From Terriglobia bacterium (lineage in GTDB: Bacteria; Acidobacteriota; Terriglobia; UBA7540): DNA of 64,000 nucleotides. Positions 46,721-56,475 of the stretch are shown piece by piece. Under the pieces are notes generated by a model that ran no database searches, had not been told where the DNA came from, and saw nothing but the letters and a program-made list of their open reading frames with translations. The stretch is from contig DASYZG010000025.1 in assembly GCA_035946575.1 (NCBI GenBank), positions 4,617 to 68,616 on the forward strand, given 5' to 3'. Position numbers and translations under genes: made by a program. Each line of letters starts with the position of its first letter. The first letter of the stretch is position 1.

Positions 46721-47809
46721 ATGGCTTTTACCACAGAGGCACAGAATCACGAAATTATGGGTAGCCTTGACATCGAGGATTTCGGCGCCGCGGCGGACTA
46801 TCTCGCCCGGCGCGGCGTGAGCGAGGGCCGCGGAACGCCCGCGTTTCAGAATCTTGCCGGAGGTGTCTCCAACCGGACGGTGCGGGTCACCTTCCCTGAC
46901 GGCAGCGCCTGGGTCCTCAAGCAGGCCCTGCCCAAATTGCGCGTGGCCGTCGACTGGTTCAGCGACCCGGAGCGGATTCATCGTGAAGCTTTGGCCCTCG
47001 AATGGTACGCCCGGCTGGCGCCCCCGGGTTCAGTTCCCCGTCTCCTGTTCGAGGATCGCGAGCAGCATCTGCTCGCCATGGAGGCCGTTCCATTCCCTCA
47101 TCGCAATTGGAAAAGCGACCTGCTCAGCGGGCGTCTGGACCTGGGCTACTTCGAGCAGTTCGGAGCCATGCTGGGGTTCATCCATCGCCGCGCCGCTGCG
47201 CACCTCGAACTCACAGGGGTCTTCGCGGACACTTCCTTTTTCGAGTCACTGCGTTTGGAGCCTTATTATCTCTATTCCGCCGGGCAAGTGCCTGAGGCCG
47301 CGGACTTCCTTCACCAACTCGTGGCCGATACGCGTGCGCGGCGGGTCACTTTGGTTCACGGCGACTACAGCCCGAAGAACATTCTGATTCACGACGGCCG
47401 GCTCGTGCTGCTCGATTACGAAGTGGCCCACTTCGGCGATCCCGCATTCGACCTCGGTTTCTCGCTGTCGCACTTCTGCAGCAAAGCGCATCACTTGCCC
47501 GACCGCCGCTCTGACTTCGCCTATGCTGCCGGACTTTACTGGGGAACCTACTGTGCGACCCTGGAAGACTCCGGAGACACCCCGGCAGGCGTTCCCTGGC
47601 TGGGGGACCTGGAACCGCGAGCGGTGCGGCATACGCTGGGGTGCCTTCTGGCGCGTGTCGCGGGCCGTTCGCCGCTCGAATACTTGGGCGCCGGGGAACA
47701 GGCGCGGCAGCGCGCCGCGGTCATTTCACTCATGGCTGATCCACCTACGAGCGTGCCGAGCGTTATTTCCGAATTCCTGGCGCGATTGGAGTCCTGGCAC
47801 GGCCGGTAG
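46721..47809 (+). CDS. APH/choline-kinase-family phosphotransferase (methylthioribose-kinase-like)
   Basis: 'GGVSNRTVRV', Brenner motif 'LVHGDYSPKNILI', and 'LLDYEVAHFGDPAFDLG'. Start is uncertain: ATG 46721 (GAGGG SD), ATG 46757, or the far upstream ATG 46178, which has a perfect AAGGAGG SD but a repeat-derived low-complexity N-terminus. Confidence 0.75.
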   Translation: MAFTTEAQNHEIMGSLDIEDFGAAADYLARRGVSEGRGTPAFQNLAGGVSNRTVRVTFPDGSAWVLKQALPKLRVAVDWFSDPERIHREALALEWYARLAPPGSVPRLLFEDREQHLLAMEAVPFPHRNWKSDLLSGRLDLGYFEQFGAMLGFIHRRAAAHLELTGVFADTSFFESLRLEPYYLYSAGQVPEAADFLHQLVADTRARRVTLVHGDYSPKNILIHDGRLVLLDYEVAHFGDPAFDLGFSLSHFCSKAHHLPDRRSDFAYAAGLYWGTYCATLEDSGDTPAGVPWLGDLEPRAVRHTLGCLLARVAGRSPLEYLGAGEQARQRAAVISLMADPPTSVPSVISEFLARLESWHGR

Positions 47810-47857
47810 CACAGCCACTCTTGGCTGTGCCCAATTTCTGGCGCGATTGGAGTCCTG

Positions 47858-49141
47858 ATGCCAAAAGTCGAATCCGTAACCGCTCGTGAAATTCTGGACA
47901 GTCGCGGCCGGCCCACCGTGAGCGCCACCTGCACGCTCCACTCCGGTGCCTCGGGCACCGCGTCGGTTCCGAGCGGCGCTTCCACGGGCCGCGGCGAGGC
48001 GCGGGAGCTGCGTGACGGCGATCGCTCGCGCTACCGCGGGCTCGGCTGTCGCAAAGCCGTCGAATCCGTGAATCGCGACATCAATGCGGCCCTTGCCGGT
48101 GTCGAGTTTCCCGATTCGCCTGAGGGTCAGGCACAGGTCGACAAGGCCATGATCAAGCTAGACGGCGCGCCCGATAAATCGCGGCTGGGCGCCAACGCCA
48201 TTCTGGCTGTTTCGCTCGCCTTTGCCCGCGCCGCCGCCATCGAGCGCGGCCTGCCCCTTTTCCGCTACTTCGCCGCACTCGTGACGCGAGAACCCGATTC
48301 GCTGCCCCGGCCGACCATCAATCTCTTCAGCGGCGGCAAGCATGCCGGCGGCCAGGTTCCAATTCAGGACGTGCTCATCATCCCGCTGTACACGGCAACC
48401 ATCGACGCCTCGCTGGTTGCAGCTTACGAGGTCTACCAGACCGCAGCGGAGCTGATTTTCAAGCGGCATGGAATGCGGTTGCTGACGGCCGACGAGGGAG
48501 GATTGGCGCCGCCGTGCCGCACGGCCGAAGAGATGATCGCGCTGGCAGTGCAATCGATTGGCGCGGCCGGATTCACACCCGGAAAAGACATCGCACTTGG
48601 AATCGATGTGGCGGCCAGCCATTTCTATCATGACGGCTGCTACGAGCTCGATGCGCAGCCGCTCGACAGCCCGGCGATGATCGAACGGCTCCGGACGTGG
48701 GTCGAGCGCTATCCGATCATCAGTGTCGAAGACGGCCTCGCCGAAGATGACTGGCAGCACTGGCCCGAACTTCGCAAAGCGATCGGCGGCAGGGCTCTGG
48801 TGATCGGAGACGACCTCATCTGCACGAACTCGGATCGCATCCGGCGGGCTGCCGATACCGGCGCTTGCGACGCGCTGCTGTTGAAAGTGAATCAAGCCGG
48901 CACGCTCACGGAGGCCGCGCGCGCGCTGAGTCTGGCCAGGGCAGCAGGCTGGACGGTGGTCGTCAGTGTGCGCAGCGGCGAGACCGAGGATGACTGGGCG
49001 GCAGATCTGGCCGTGGGCTGGGGCGCGGACTGCTTCAAAAACGGCTCCATCACGCAGTCCGAGCGGCTCGCCAAGTACAATCGCCTGCTGTTCATCGAAG
49101 AGGAGAATCGATGGCCGGTACGCGGCTGGACCCGGATCTAG
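47858..49141 (+). CDS. enolase-family protein, divergent paralogue
   Basis: 'REILDSRGRPTV', 'PSGASTGRGEARELRDGD', 'ADEGGLAP', 'SVEDGLAEDDW', 'IGDDLICTN', 'LLLKVNQAGTLTE', 'SVRSGETED'. The usual QEF(M) motif reads QDVL, and the SHRSGETED motif reads SVRSGETED. Confidence 0.85.
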   Translation: MPKVESVTAREILDSRGRPTVSATCTLHSGASGTASVPSGASTGRGEARELRDGDRSRYRGLGCRKAVESVNRDINAALAGVEFPDSPEGQAQVDKAMIKLDGAPDKSRLGANAILAVSLAFARAAAIERGLPLFRYFAALVTREPDSLPRPTINLFSGGKHAGGQVPIQDVLIIPLYTATIDASLVAAYEVYQTAAELIFKRHGMRLLTADEGGLAPPCRTAEEMIALAVQSIGAAGFTPGKDIALGIDVAASHFYHDGCYELDAQPLDSPAMIERLRTWVERYPIISVEDGLAEDDWQHWPELRKAIGGRALVIGDDLICTNSDRIRRAADTGACDALLLKVNQAGTLTEAARALSLARAAGWTVVVSVRSGETEDDWAADLAVGWGADCFKNGSITQSERLAKYNRLLFIEEENRWPVRGWTRI

Positions 49142-49195
49142 TTGACAGGTACCGCCGCGGATTGCGACTCGCCTTCGCCTGCAATCCTCGAGCAA

Positions 49196-50161
49196 CTACT
49201 CCGGGATCATGCCGATGGTCCTCAGCCAGATCTCGACCAGCCGGGGCCACGCGGTTGCCGGAAGGTTCGTGCGCCGCAACCCGAAAGCATGCCCGCCTCG
49301 CGCGTACGAATGGATCTCCACGGGAACACCGGCGTTCTTCAGGGCGATCCAGTAAACCAGCGCGTCGTCTACGTTGTCCACGTGGTCGTCTTCGTTCTGC
49401 AGCAAAAAAGTGGGCGGCGTCTCCCGGGTAACCTGGAGATGCGGATTCAGCTCAAAATCATGATTGGAGCAATGATGCCCCGGCCAATCACAGAGGTGTC
49501 CCGGATAAAGCGCCACCGCAAAATCCGGGCGGGAGCTTTGTTGGTCGGCCGCATCCACGGCGGGATAGGAACGCTGGTCGAAATGGGTGCTGGCGGCTGC
49601 CACCAGAAACCCGCCTGCCGAAAACCCCAACACTCCAACCTTGTGTGGATCGATATGCCATTCCGCGGCGTGAAAGCGCACCAACCCCAGCGTCCTCTGC
49701 GCATCTTCGAGAGCGGCCGGTGATTTTGGATTCACTTCGCAGTTACATCGCCGATCCCAATGCGGCCCGGAATCCGGCACGCGGTACTTCAACAGCACGC
49801 AGGTGATCCCCCGGGAAGTCAGCCAGTCACAAACCTCCGTGCCTTCGAGATCGATGGCCAGAATCTGAAAGCCCCCGCCCGGAAACACCACCACCGCTGC
49901 GCCGGTGTTCTCTTTGCCGGGCGCATAGACCGTCATCGTCGGCCGCGAGACATGGCCCACTTCCACCCACGTCCTGCCCGCGACCAGCGCGTCATTCACG
50001 GTCGCTCTGTACTCCGGCCCCGCCGCAGGCTGCGCATCCGGCGGCACGCCCGGCCATATCGGCACCTGACGATGTCCCGGTGAGGGCTGCCAGGCGGACG
50101 TCTGCGCGCGCGCACCACCAACCGCGCACACCACCACAAAAGCAAATATCAAAAATTTCAT
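49196..50161 (-). CDS. secreted alpha/beta-hydrolase (esterase/lipase type)
   Basis: Signal 'MKFLIFAFVVVCAVGGARA'. Oxyanion-like 'VVVFPGGGF'. Nucleophile elbow 'GFSAGG'. C-terminal 'GGHAF'. Confidence 0.8.
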   Translation of the reverse strand: MKFLIFAFVVVCAVGGARAQTSAWQPSPGHRQVPIWPGVPPDAQPAAGPEYRATVNDALVAGRTWVEVGHVSRPTMTVYAPGKENTGAAVVVFPGGGFQILAIDLEGTEVCDWLTSRGITCVLLKYRVPDSGPHWDRRCNCEVNPKSPAALEDAQRTLGLVRFHAAEWHIDPHKVGVLGFSAGGFLVAAASTHFDQRSYPAVDAADQQSSRPDFAVALYPGHLCDWPGHHCSNHDFELNPHLQVTRETPPTFLLQNEDDHVDNVDDALVYWIALKNAGVPVEIHSYARGGHAFGLRRTNLPATAWPRLVEIWLRTIGMIPE

Positions 50162-50283
50162 TTAACGGAAACCGTGGACCTTCTGCCTTCGCTAGTGTAG
50201 CGCCGGGCTTTCGCCCGCGCCTGCCGGCCTGAAGGCCGGGCTCTACGAGCCGGTCAACGTTGCAGTCTGTGCGGCGCACTAAA

Positions 50284-52749
50284 CTAGCGCAGCGGCTCTT
50301 CGACCTCGGCCAGCCACTCCGGACGCTTCAGCACCTCGCGCGGACGCGCGCCGTCCGGGGCGCTGATGATCCCGTCGCGCTGCATCAGATCGAGCAGCCG
50401 CGCCGCGCGTCCGTAGCCGAGCCGCAGCCGTCGCTGCAGCAGTGACGTTGAAGCTTTGCCGGACTCCACCACGATCTGCACCGCCTGCTGGTAAACTTCG
50501 TCCAATTCGCCGGGGTCGGCCTCTTCGTCTTCCAGGTCCGGCGCGTCACGATCGCCGATCGGACGCAGGAAATCCTCGTTGTACTGCGGACCGGACTGCG
50601 CCTTCCACCACTCCACAACCTTGTTGATCTCCTTCTCGGTGACGAGCGAACCGTGCAGGCGCAGCAGGCGCGCCGTGGCCGGCGGCAGAAAGAGCATGTC
50701 GCCGCGGCCGAGCAGCGCTTCCGCGCCGTTGGTGTCCAGGATGGTGCGCGAGTCCACTTTCGAGGCCACGCGGCATGACATGCGCGAGGGCAGGTTGGCC
50801 TTGATCAGCCCGGTGATCACGTCCACTGACGGGCGCTGCGTGGCCAGGATCAGGTGGATGCCCACGGCGCGCGCCATCTGGGCCAGACGCGTAATCGACT
50901 CCTCCACGGTCTGCGGTTCCACCATCATCAGGTCCGCCAGCTCGTCAATCACGATCACCAGGTACGGCAGCGGACCTTCCGACTGCCCGTTGCTGTCGAA
51001 CAGGTTCAGGGTCGATTCGGATTCGAACAGCCGGTTGTACTGTTCGATGTTGCGCACGCCGTGCTCAGCCAGCTTCTTCAGGCGTTCTTCCATCTCGAAC
51101 GTGGCGCGCCGCAGGACGTTGGCCGCCACTTTCGGCTCCGTCACAATGGGCGTGTAAAGGTGCGGGATATCTTCGTAGAGGCTCAGCTCCAGGCGCTTGG
51201 GATCGATCATGATCATCCGGACTTCGTCCGGCGTGGACTTGTAGAGCATGGAGACGATCATGGAATTGATGGCGACACTCTTGCCCGAGCCGGTGGAGCC
51301 CGCGATCAGCAGATGCGGCATCTGGGTGAGTTCGCCCATGCGCATCTTGCCGGTGATGTCCTTGCCCAGACAGAGCGTCAGCTTCGAGGGCGAGGTCGTG
51401 AAATCCGCCGACTCGATCAGCTCGCGCAGGTAGATCACCTCGCGGTGCAGGTTCGGCACCTCGATGCCGACGGTTGACTTGCCGGGCACCCGCTCGATGA
51501 GGATCGACTCCGCCTTCATGGCGAGGCACAGATCGTCCACCAGGTTGGTGATGCGGCTGTACTTGATGCCCTTGTCCTGCAGGAATTCAAAGGTGGTAAC
51601 CACCGGGCCGGGATGGATCTGCGTCACCTGCCCGGTCACGCCGAACTCGGCCAGCTTCTCCACCAGGCGTACAGCGCGGTCCTTGAGCTCGTCTTCATCG
51701 ACGCCCTGCTCTTCCTCCGGCGGACGCAGCAGCGAGGGGCTGGGCAGTTTGTACTTCCGGGATCGCGGCGCCACGCGCGGCGCGCGCTTGCCTCCCGCGG
51801 CCGCAGCCGGAGCGATCATGGCAGCTCCGGTGCTCACGCCAAGTCCCTGGCCCTCAACCACGCGAGGCTCGCCTGCGGGCGCGGCTCCGAACAGTTCTTC
51901 ATCCTGCTCGGCGCTGTCGACTTCACCCGCCGGGACAGGCTTGCGGCGATAGATCTCCGGCTCCACCCGTTCGCGAGGCGCCGGCGTCGCGGATACCGCC
52001 TCCAAGGCCGACTTGGTGCTCGCTGTCGCGCCGCGCTCCCCGCCCACCGGAGGCTTGCCCGTCTTGCGTTCGACCTCGAGCTTCTTCTTCAGCCGCCGGC
52101 GCTCCCGCTCCTCGCGCCAGGCCCGCCAGCTTTGGCCGAGGCCGGCGAGCGGCGCAAATTGCGACTGGAAGAACTGTCCAATGGTGGCAAACGAGAACCT
52201 GGTCACCAGAAACAGCGATGCCAGGAACAGGGCGGACGCGACGATTCCGGCGCCCAGCGGATTGAGCGCCGACACCAGAGCCATGGCGATCAGGTAGCCG
52301 GCCAGGCCCCCGCCCCGGATCAGACCGGAGACAGCAGGCGCGATGGGCGCCAGATCGAGCAGCGCCGCCAGCGACACCAGAAGCAGCACGGCGCCCACAG
52401 CCTTCGTGCGCGGCGCGTGGAAAGGCCGCAGGAAGATGCGGCGCAGGCCGATTACCAGCAATCCGGCCGGGAAGAGGTATGCGGTCCAGCCGAAGCCCTG
52501 CAGAAGCGCATCGGCGAGATAGGCGCCGGCCCGGCCGATCAAGTTGTGGGCGGCGGACGCGGAAACGGTGTCGAGAGAAGGATCGAGTGACCGGTAGGAA
52601 ATCAGGCTCAGAAGGACGAGCAGCCCGGCCACGGACAGCAGGAAGCCTTCGAACTCGGCGCGGCGGCGCGAGTCGAAATGGCTCCCCACTGGCGCGTCGC
52701 TTGCACCGCGGGGTCTAAAGCTGGTTACAGAACTAGGCATTTCGTGCAC
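50284..52749 (-). CDS. ftsK: DNA translocase FtsK
   Basis: N-terminal TM helices, Pro/Ala-rich linker, motor domain 'PHLLIAGSTGSGKSVAINSMI' (Walker A), 'LPYLVIVIDELADLMM' (Walker B), and a C-terminal winged-helix gamma domain 'ASTSLLQRRLRLGYGRAARLLDLMQ'. Confidence 0.92.
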   Translation of the reverse strand: MHEMPSSVTSFRPRGASDAPVGSHFDSRRRAEFEGFLLSVAGLLVLLSLISYRSLDPSLDTVSASAAHNLIGRAGAYLADALLQGFGWTAYLFPAGLLVIGLRRIFLRPFHAPRTKAVGAVLLLVSLAALLDLAPIAPAVSGLIRGGGLAGYLIAMALVSALNPLGAGIVASALFLASLFLVTRFSFATIGQFFQSQFAPLAGLGQSWRAWREERERRRLKKKLEVERKTGKPPVGGERGATASTKSALEAVSATPAPRERVEPEIYRRKPVPAGEVDSAEQDEELFGAAPAGEPRVVEGQGLGVSTGAAMIAPAAAAGGKRAPRVAPRSRKYKLPSPSLLRPPEEEQGVDEDELKDRAVRLVEKLAEFGVTGQVTQIHPGPVVTTFEFLQDKGIKYSRITNLVDDLCLAMKAESILIERVPGKSTVGIEVPNLHREVIYLRELIESADFTTSPSKLTLCLGKDITGKMRMGELTQMPHLLIAGSTGSGKSVAINSMIVSMLYKSTPDEVRMIMIDPKRLELSLYEDIPHLYTPIVTEPKVAANVLRRATFEMEERLKKLAEHGVRNIEQYNRLFESESTLNLFDSNGQSEGPLPYLVIVIDELADLMMVEPQTVEESITRLAQMARAVGIHLILATQRPSVDVITGLIKANLPSRMSCRVASKVDSRTILDTNGAEALLGRGDMLFLPPATARLLRLHGSLVTEKEINKVVEWWKAQSGPQYNEDFLRPIGDRDAPDLEDEEADPGELDEVYQQAVQIVVESGKASTSLLQRRLRLGYGRAARLLDLMQRDGIISAPDGARPREVLKRPEWLAEVEEPLR

Positions 52750-53340
52750 CGGCTACGTTTGATGCGCCCCGCGATGCAAGCATCTACCGGGCGCCTGGCG
52801 GTGTGGCCTCGTGCGCGAACAATCCCCACGTCAAGGTAACATAGTTGCCGGGTGAAGAAAAGTAGAAAGTGGGCGGCCGCGGAAGGCGCTGTGTCCGGAT
52901 TTCGACGTAGGGGCGCACCGCCATGCGCCTTGGTGTGGGGGCAGGTTTCAAACCTGCCCTGGGCGGTGGACGACCCAGGAAGTCCGTGCTACGGTCGGCG
53001 CCCCGGAATCGCGCTGGCGAATCAGGCCGTAGTGACTCAATTTGTGGTCCAGGCTGCCCAGCCTGCGTCTCGCGCACGGCAGGCAAGATGTCTGCACCCA
53101 CAAACTGAGCTCCTTCCACTCGAGCCTTTGGCGTCAACAACCAAGCTGGGATATTACGCCGGCAAGTTCACCACAGGGTTGCATCGACGCCGGTCCGATA
53201 ACGGGCAGGCTACAGGATCGGTGTCCTGTGTGGCGCAAGCAATGGCTCTGGTCACCTGCCAACCGGAGACACGGCCGACCCCGCAACCCCCTATCGAATC
53301 GGCCTCTCCGGCTGTGGGCAACGATAAACCCGTCTAAGTT

Positions 53341-53625
53341 ATTGAATCTATTGCGAAAATAAATTTTCTCAATTTTCTCACTTTTCTCACTTTTCTCCAT
53401 TGTCCCAAATTCAGGGAGGACAATATGAATGTCGGGCCTTTGTGTCCGACGGCTTTGTGGGAGAGAGAACGAAGGGGAATCGGTTTTTGCGCCAAACAAA
53501 GCCATCAGGTGCTTGATAAAATGCGACTTACCATTTTTCATAGGACTCGAAAGCCATCAGGTACTTGAAAAGAAACGAGTTAAGCTCTTAAAGCCATCAG
53601 GTTATTGGTAGAAAAAGGTTTAGGC
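53341..53625. repeat. AT-rich ~285-bp dispersed element, full copy C
   Basis: Collinear with 18101-18385. The 22-mers lie at 53498, 53550 and 53590, with identical 52/40-nt spacing. The GC hairpin is replaced by a different hairpin (gtcgg..ccgac). Confidence 0.85.
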
Positions 53626-54216
53626 GTGTTTCGAAAACAGAAAAACCATGTTCTACAGGGTAAAAAGAGGCCGATTTGGCCGGATAACGACGGTTTACTT
53701 CTTCAGCTCTAGCCCGCGAAGGGGTAGAGGTCCCGTAGCCCGGCGCGACTGCTCTTGGAGCCGTGGCACAGATGCCGATATCCGCCGCGAAAGCGAGGGT
53801 AGAGTCCGGTTTTCGTTGTGGTGCAGGCTTCAAGCCCGCATTCCCAGCCGCAGTCAGCAGGCAGGACGCATACACCACAACAAAAATCGGACACTACCAG
53901 ACCGGACCCCGGCGGGGCGTCATCAGGCTGGGTTTTCAGGTCCGGACGCCGGCCTAATGGGGCTGCTGAGGTACATTGCTCTGGCCCGTGTTGCCTATGC
54001 CACCGGCTTGCGGCGATGCAGCTTGCGCCCGCATCTAATGGAGGAGGTGAGCCAAAAGGCCGCACTCTCGGTCGTGCCACGACCCCGCCCGGCGAATGTG
54101 TGTAGCGGCGGGTTTACCCCGCCATCGGTGGCGGCGTGAAGCCGTCTCGACGTCAAACTGGCCCACTACGGCTCGGTTGGTCATGGCAAGAAATCTCGAT
54201 ATACAATAGAGGACCT

Positions 54217-54813
54217 ATGAACCACCAGACAGACCCTGATGCCGTGGGCGCGGCCTCTGCCACACCGTCGCCGGCGGCGAACGAACAAGCTGCGCCGGCC
54301 GGAGCCGCACCGGCGAACGATCTGCCGCAGGATCTGCCGGGCGCCTATCGCAAGCTCCTCGCCGAAAAGCAGGACCTGTATGATCGGCTGCTGCGCAAGC
54401 AGGCTGAGCTTGAGAACGTCAAGAAGCGCACCGAGCGCGAGAAGGAAGATTTCCTGAAGCATGCCACGGCCGACCTGGTGCGGGCGCTGCTGCCTGCCCT
54501 CGACAGCTTCGAGCGCGCCCTGAAGCATCGCGACCCGCGGGTGCCGGCGGATTTTTACAAGGGCGTGGAGCTGATTCATCGCGAGTTCGTGGAGGTGCTG
54601 AAGCGCGCCGGCCTCGAGCCGATCGAGACCAAGAGCGCGCTGTTCGATCCGCACCTGCACCAGGCGGTGGAGCGGGTGGAGTCTCGCGATCATCGGGACC
54701 AGGAGATTGTGGAAGAGTTGCAGCGCGGCTACAAGCTGAAGAGCCGCCTGCTGCGGCCGGCGATCGTGAAAGTGGCGGTGCCGCCGTCGCCGGGCAGCAT
54801 CCGCGGAGAGTGA
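54217..54813 (+). CDS. grpE: nucleotide exchange factor GrpE
   Basis: Start at the ATG 54217 (AGAGGA SD). 'YDRLLRKQAELENVKKRTEREKED' coiled coil and 'FDPHLHQAV...VEELQRGYKL..RLLRPA.V.V'. Confidence 0.9.
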   Translation: MNHQTDPDAVGAASATPSPAANEQAAPAGAAPANDLPQDLPGAYRKLLAEKQDLYDRLLRKQAELENVKKRTEREKEDFLKHATADLVRALLPALDSFERALKHRDPRVPADFYKGVELIHREFVEVLKRAGLEPIETKSALFDPHLHQAVERVESRDHRDQEIVEELQRGYKLKSRLLRPAIVKVAVPPSPGSIRGE

Positions 54814-54908
54814 CGGGTCCAGGGGGTCGCAGGCATAGAACCCCGAAGTGCCGCCAGGCGGCATTCGTACGAAGTTTGGGTGGTGTCCTGATTTCGAAAT
54901 AGAGCGGC

Positions 54909-54993
54909 CTCCGTGCCCTGTGGCTCCTCCGTGCTCTGTGTGTTGAAAGCTTCTAACACAGAGGCCACAGAGGACGCACAGACCGCGCAGAGA
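54909..54993. repeat. REP palindrome with 9-nt periodic arms around a ctctgtgtgttgaaagcttctaacacagag hairpin
   Basis: Left arm 'ctccgtgcc|ctgtggctc|ctccgtgct|ctgtgtg'. Right arm 'cacagaggc|cacagagga|cgcacagac|cgcgcagag'. Related copies lie at 56361-56420, 17271-17331, 15462-15500 and 21165-21200. Confidence 0.8.
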
Positions 54994-55099
54994 CTCTCCG
55001 GAAGCCCTGCACCGAAATTGGGACACCACCGGGGTTTGGGAGAAGGATTGGAGTGCGCACGGCGCGCCGACTCCCGAAAGCTCGCAACCACCGATTAAA

Positions 55100-56230
55100 A
55101 TGGCTCAAAAACGGGACTACTACGAAATACTGGGCGTTGAGCGGAGCGCGTCGGACGCGGAGTTGAAGAGTGCCTACCGGAAGCTCGCCCTGCAGTACCA
55201 TCCCGACCGCAATCCCAGCAATCACGAGGAAGCGACCGAGAAATTCAAAGAGATCACCGAAGCCTACGGCGTGCTGGCCGACGCCGACAAGCGCGCGGCC
55301 TACGATCGTTACGGTCACGCCGGCGTCTCGGGCGCGGCCACCCAGGGCTGGCCGGATTTCTCATCCACGGTCTTCACCGATTTCGAGGACCTTTTCGGCG
55401 AATTCTTCGGCGGGGTGTTCGGGCGGCAGCAACGAGGTCCGAGGTCGCGCGCCCAGCGTGGCGCGGATTTGCGCTACGAGGTCGAGATCGCCTTTGAGGA
55501 AGCGGCGGTGGGCCTGGAGACCAAGATCAAGATCCCGCGCTGGGAGAGCTGTCCGGAGTGCGGCGGGCGGGGCGCCAAACGCGGCAGCGAGCCAACCGTC
55601 TGCACGGTGTGCGCCGGGCGCGGACAACTGCGCCACCAGCAGGGGCTCTTCACCGTCAGCCGCACCTGCCCGGAGTGCAAGGGCCTCGGACAAGTGATCC
55701 GCGAACCTTGCCCGGCATGCCAGGGCCAGGGCCGTACGCGGCAGGAAAAGGTGCTGGGCCTCAAGATACCTGCCGGAGTGGACGACGGCATGCGCCTGCG
55801 CGTGAGCGGCGAAGGCGAGAGCGGCGTTTACGGCGGTCCGGCGGGCGACCTCTACGTGGTGCTGCACGTCCGCGAGCACTCGTTTTACGAGCGCGACGGC
55901 AGCGATCTCTATTGCACGGTCCCGATCTCGATCTCCCAGGCAGCACTCGGAGCCGAGCTGCAGGTCCCCACGCTGAAAGGGCGGGAGCGGCTGCGGATTC
56001 CCGAGGGCACGCAGTCCGGCTCGGTCTTTCGCCTGCGCGGCCTCGGCATGCCCCGCGTGGAGGAAAGCGGCCGCGGCGATCTCTACGTGAAGATCCAGGT
56101 GATGGTGCCCACGAACCTCTCGCGCGAGCAACGGCGATTGTTCGAATCGCTGGCCGCGGCCGTGCGCGTGGACAACAAGCCGCTGGGTCGCCAGACGGAG
56201 GGCCGGGCGAAGGGCGGGTACGCCCGATAG
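55100..56230 (+). CDS. dnaJ: molecular chaperone DnaJ
   Basis: J-domain '[33 protein letters not shown]'. G/F region. Four CxxCxGxG zinc motifs ([32 protein letters not shown]). Confidence 0.95.
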   Translation: MAQKRDYYEILGVERSASDAELKSAYRKLALQYHPDRNPSNHEEATEKFKEITEAYGVLADADKRAAYDRYGHAGVSGAATQGWPDFSSTVFTDFEDLFGEFFGGVFGRQQRGPRSRAQRGADLRYEVEIAFEEAAVGLETKIKIPRWESCPECGGRGAKRGSEPTVCTVCAGRGQLRHQQGLFTVSRTCPECKGLGQVIREPCPACQGQGRTRQEKVLGLKIPAGVDDGMRLRVSGEGESGVYGGPAGDLYVVLHVREHSFYERDGSDLYCTVPISISQAALGAELQVPTLKGRERLRIPEGTQSGSVFRLRGLGMPRVEESGRGDLYVKIQVMVPTNLSREQRRLFESLAAAVRVDNKPLGRQTEGRAKGGYAR

Positions 56231-56360
56231 CTTAGCCTAGATTACAAGGCTAGATAAAGCTGGCTGCGATTCACGTCATTCCGAGCGGAGCGAGGAATCT
56301 GCTTCGGCGAGGGGAAAAGCAGATTGCTCGCTGCCACGAAACCAGGCCGATCTCGCCCGA

Positions 56361-56420
56361 ATCCTTCCGTGACCTCTGTGTTGAAGGCTTTTAACACAGA
56401 GTCCGCAGGGGAGCCACTGA
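56361..56420. repeat. REP palindrome, same family as 54909-54993
   Basis: 'ccttccgtg|acctctgtg|ttgaaggcttttaa|cacagagtc|cgcagggga|gccactgag'. Confidence 0.75.
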
Positions 56421-56475
56421 GAGCGACTGTCGGCTTTAACCGACGGGAAGCAACGAAGGGTACCGAGGAGCAGAA

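Noticed and set aside
46721-47809. Calling the phosphotransferase mtnK (methionine salvage)
   Set aside because: Only the generic APH/ChoK catalytic motifs are recognisable. No mtnA/B/C/D/W neighbours are present, so I kept it at family level.
52977-52992. 'ggaagtccgtgctacgg', resembling the RNase P RNA P4 'GGAAAGUCCGGGCU' motif
   Set aside because: There is no matching 3' P4 strand or 'ACAGAACCCGGCUUA'-type motif nearby. The surrounding sequence is REP hairpins, so this is likely a chance match.
52784-54139. Track ORFs 52784..53140, 52852..53337, 53648..54139 and 53709..54080 as genes
   Set aside because: Their translations consist of stereotyped REP-derived peptides (GAGFKPAL, AGKMSAPT, etc.). 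The ORFs overlap one another on both strands, and none has an SD or a domain.
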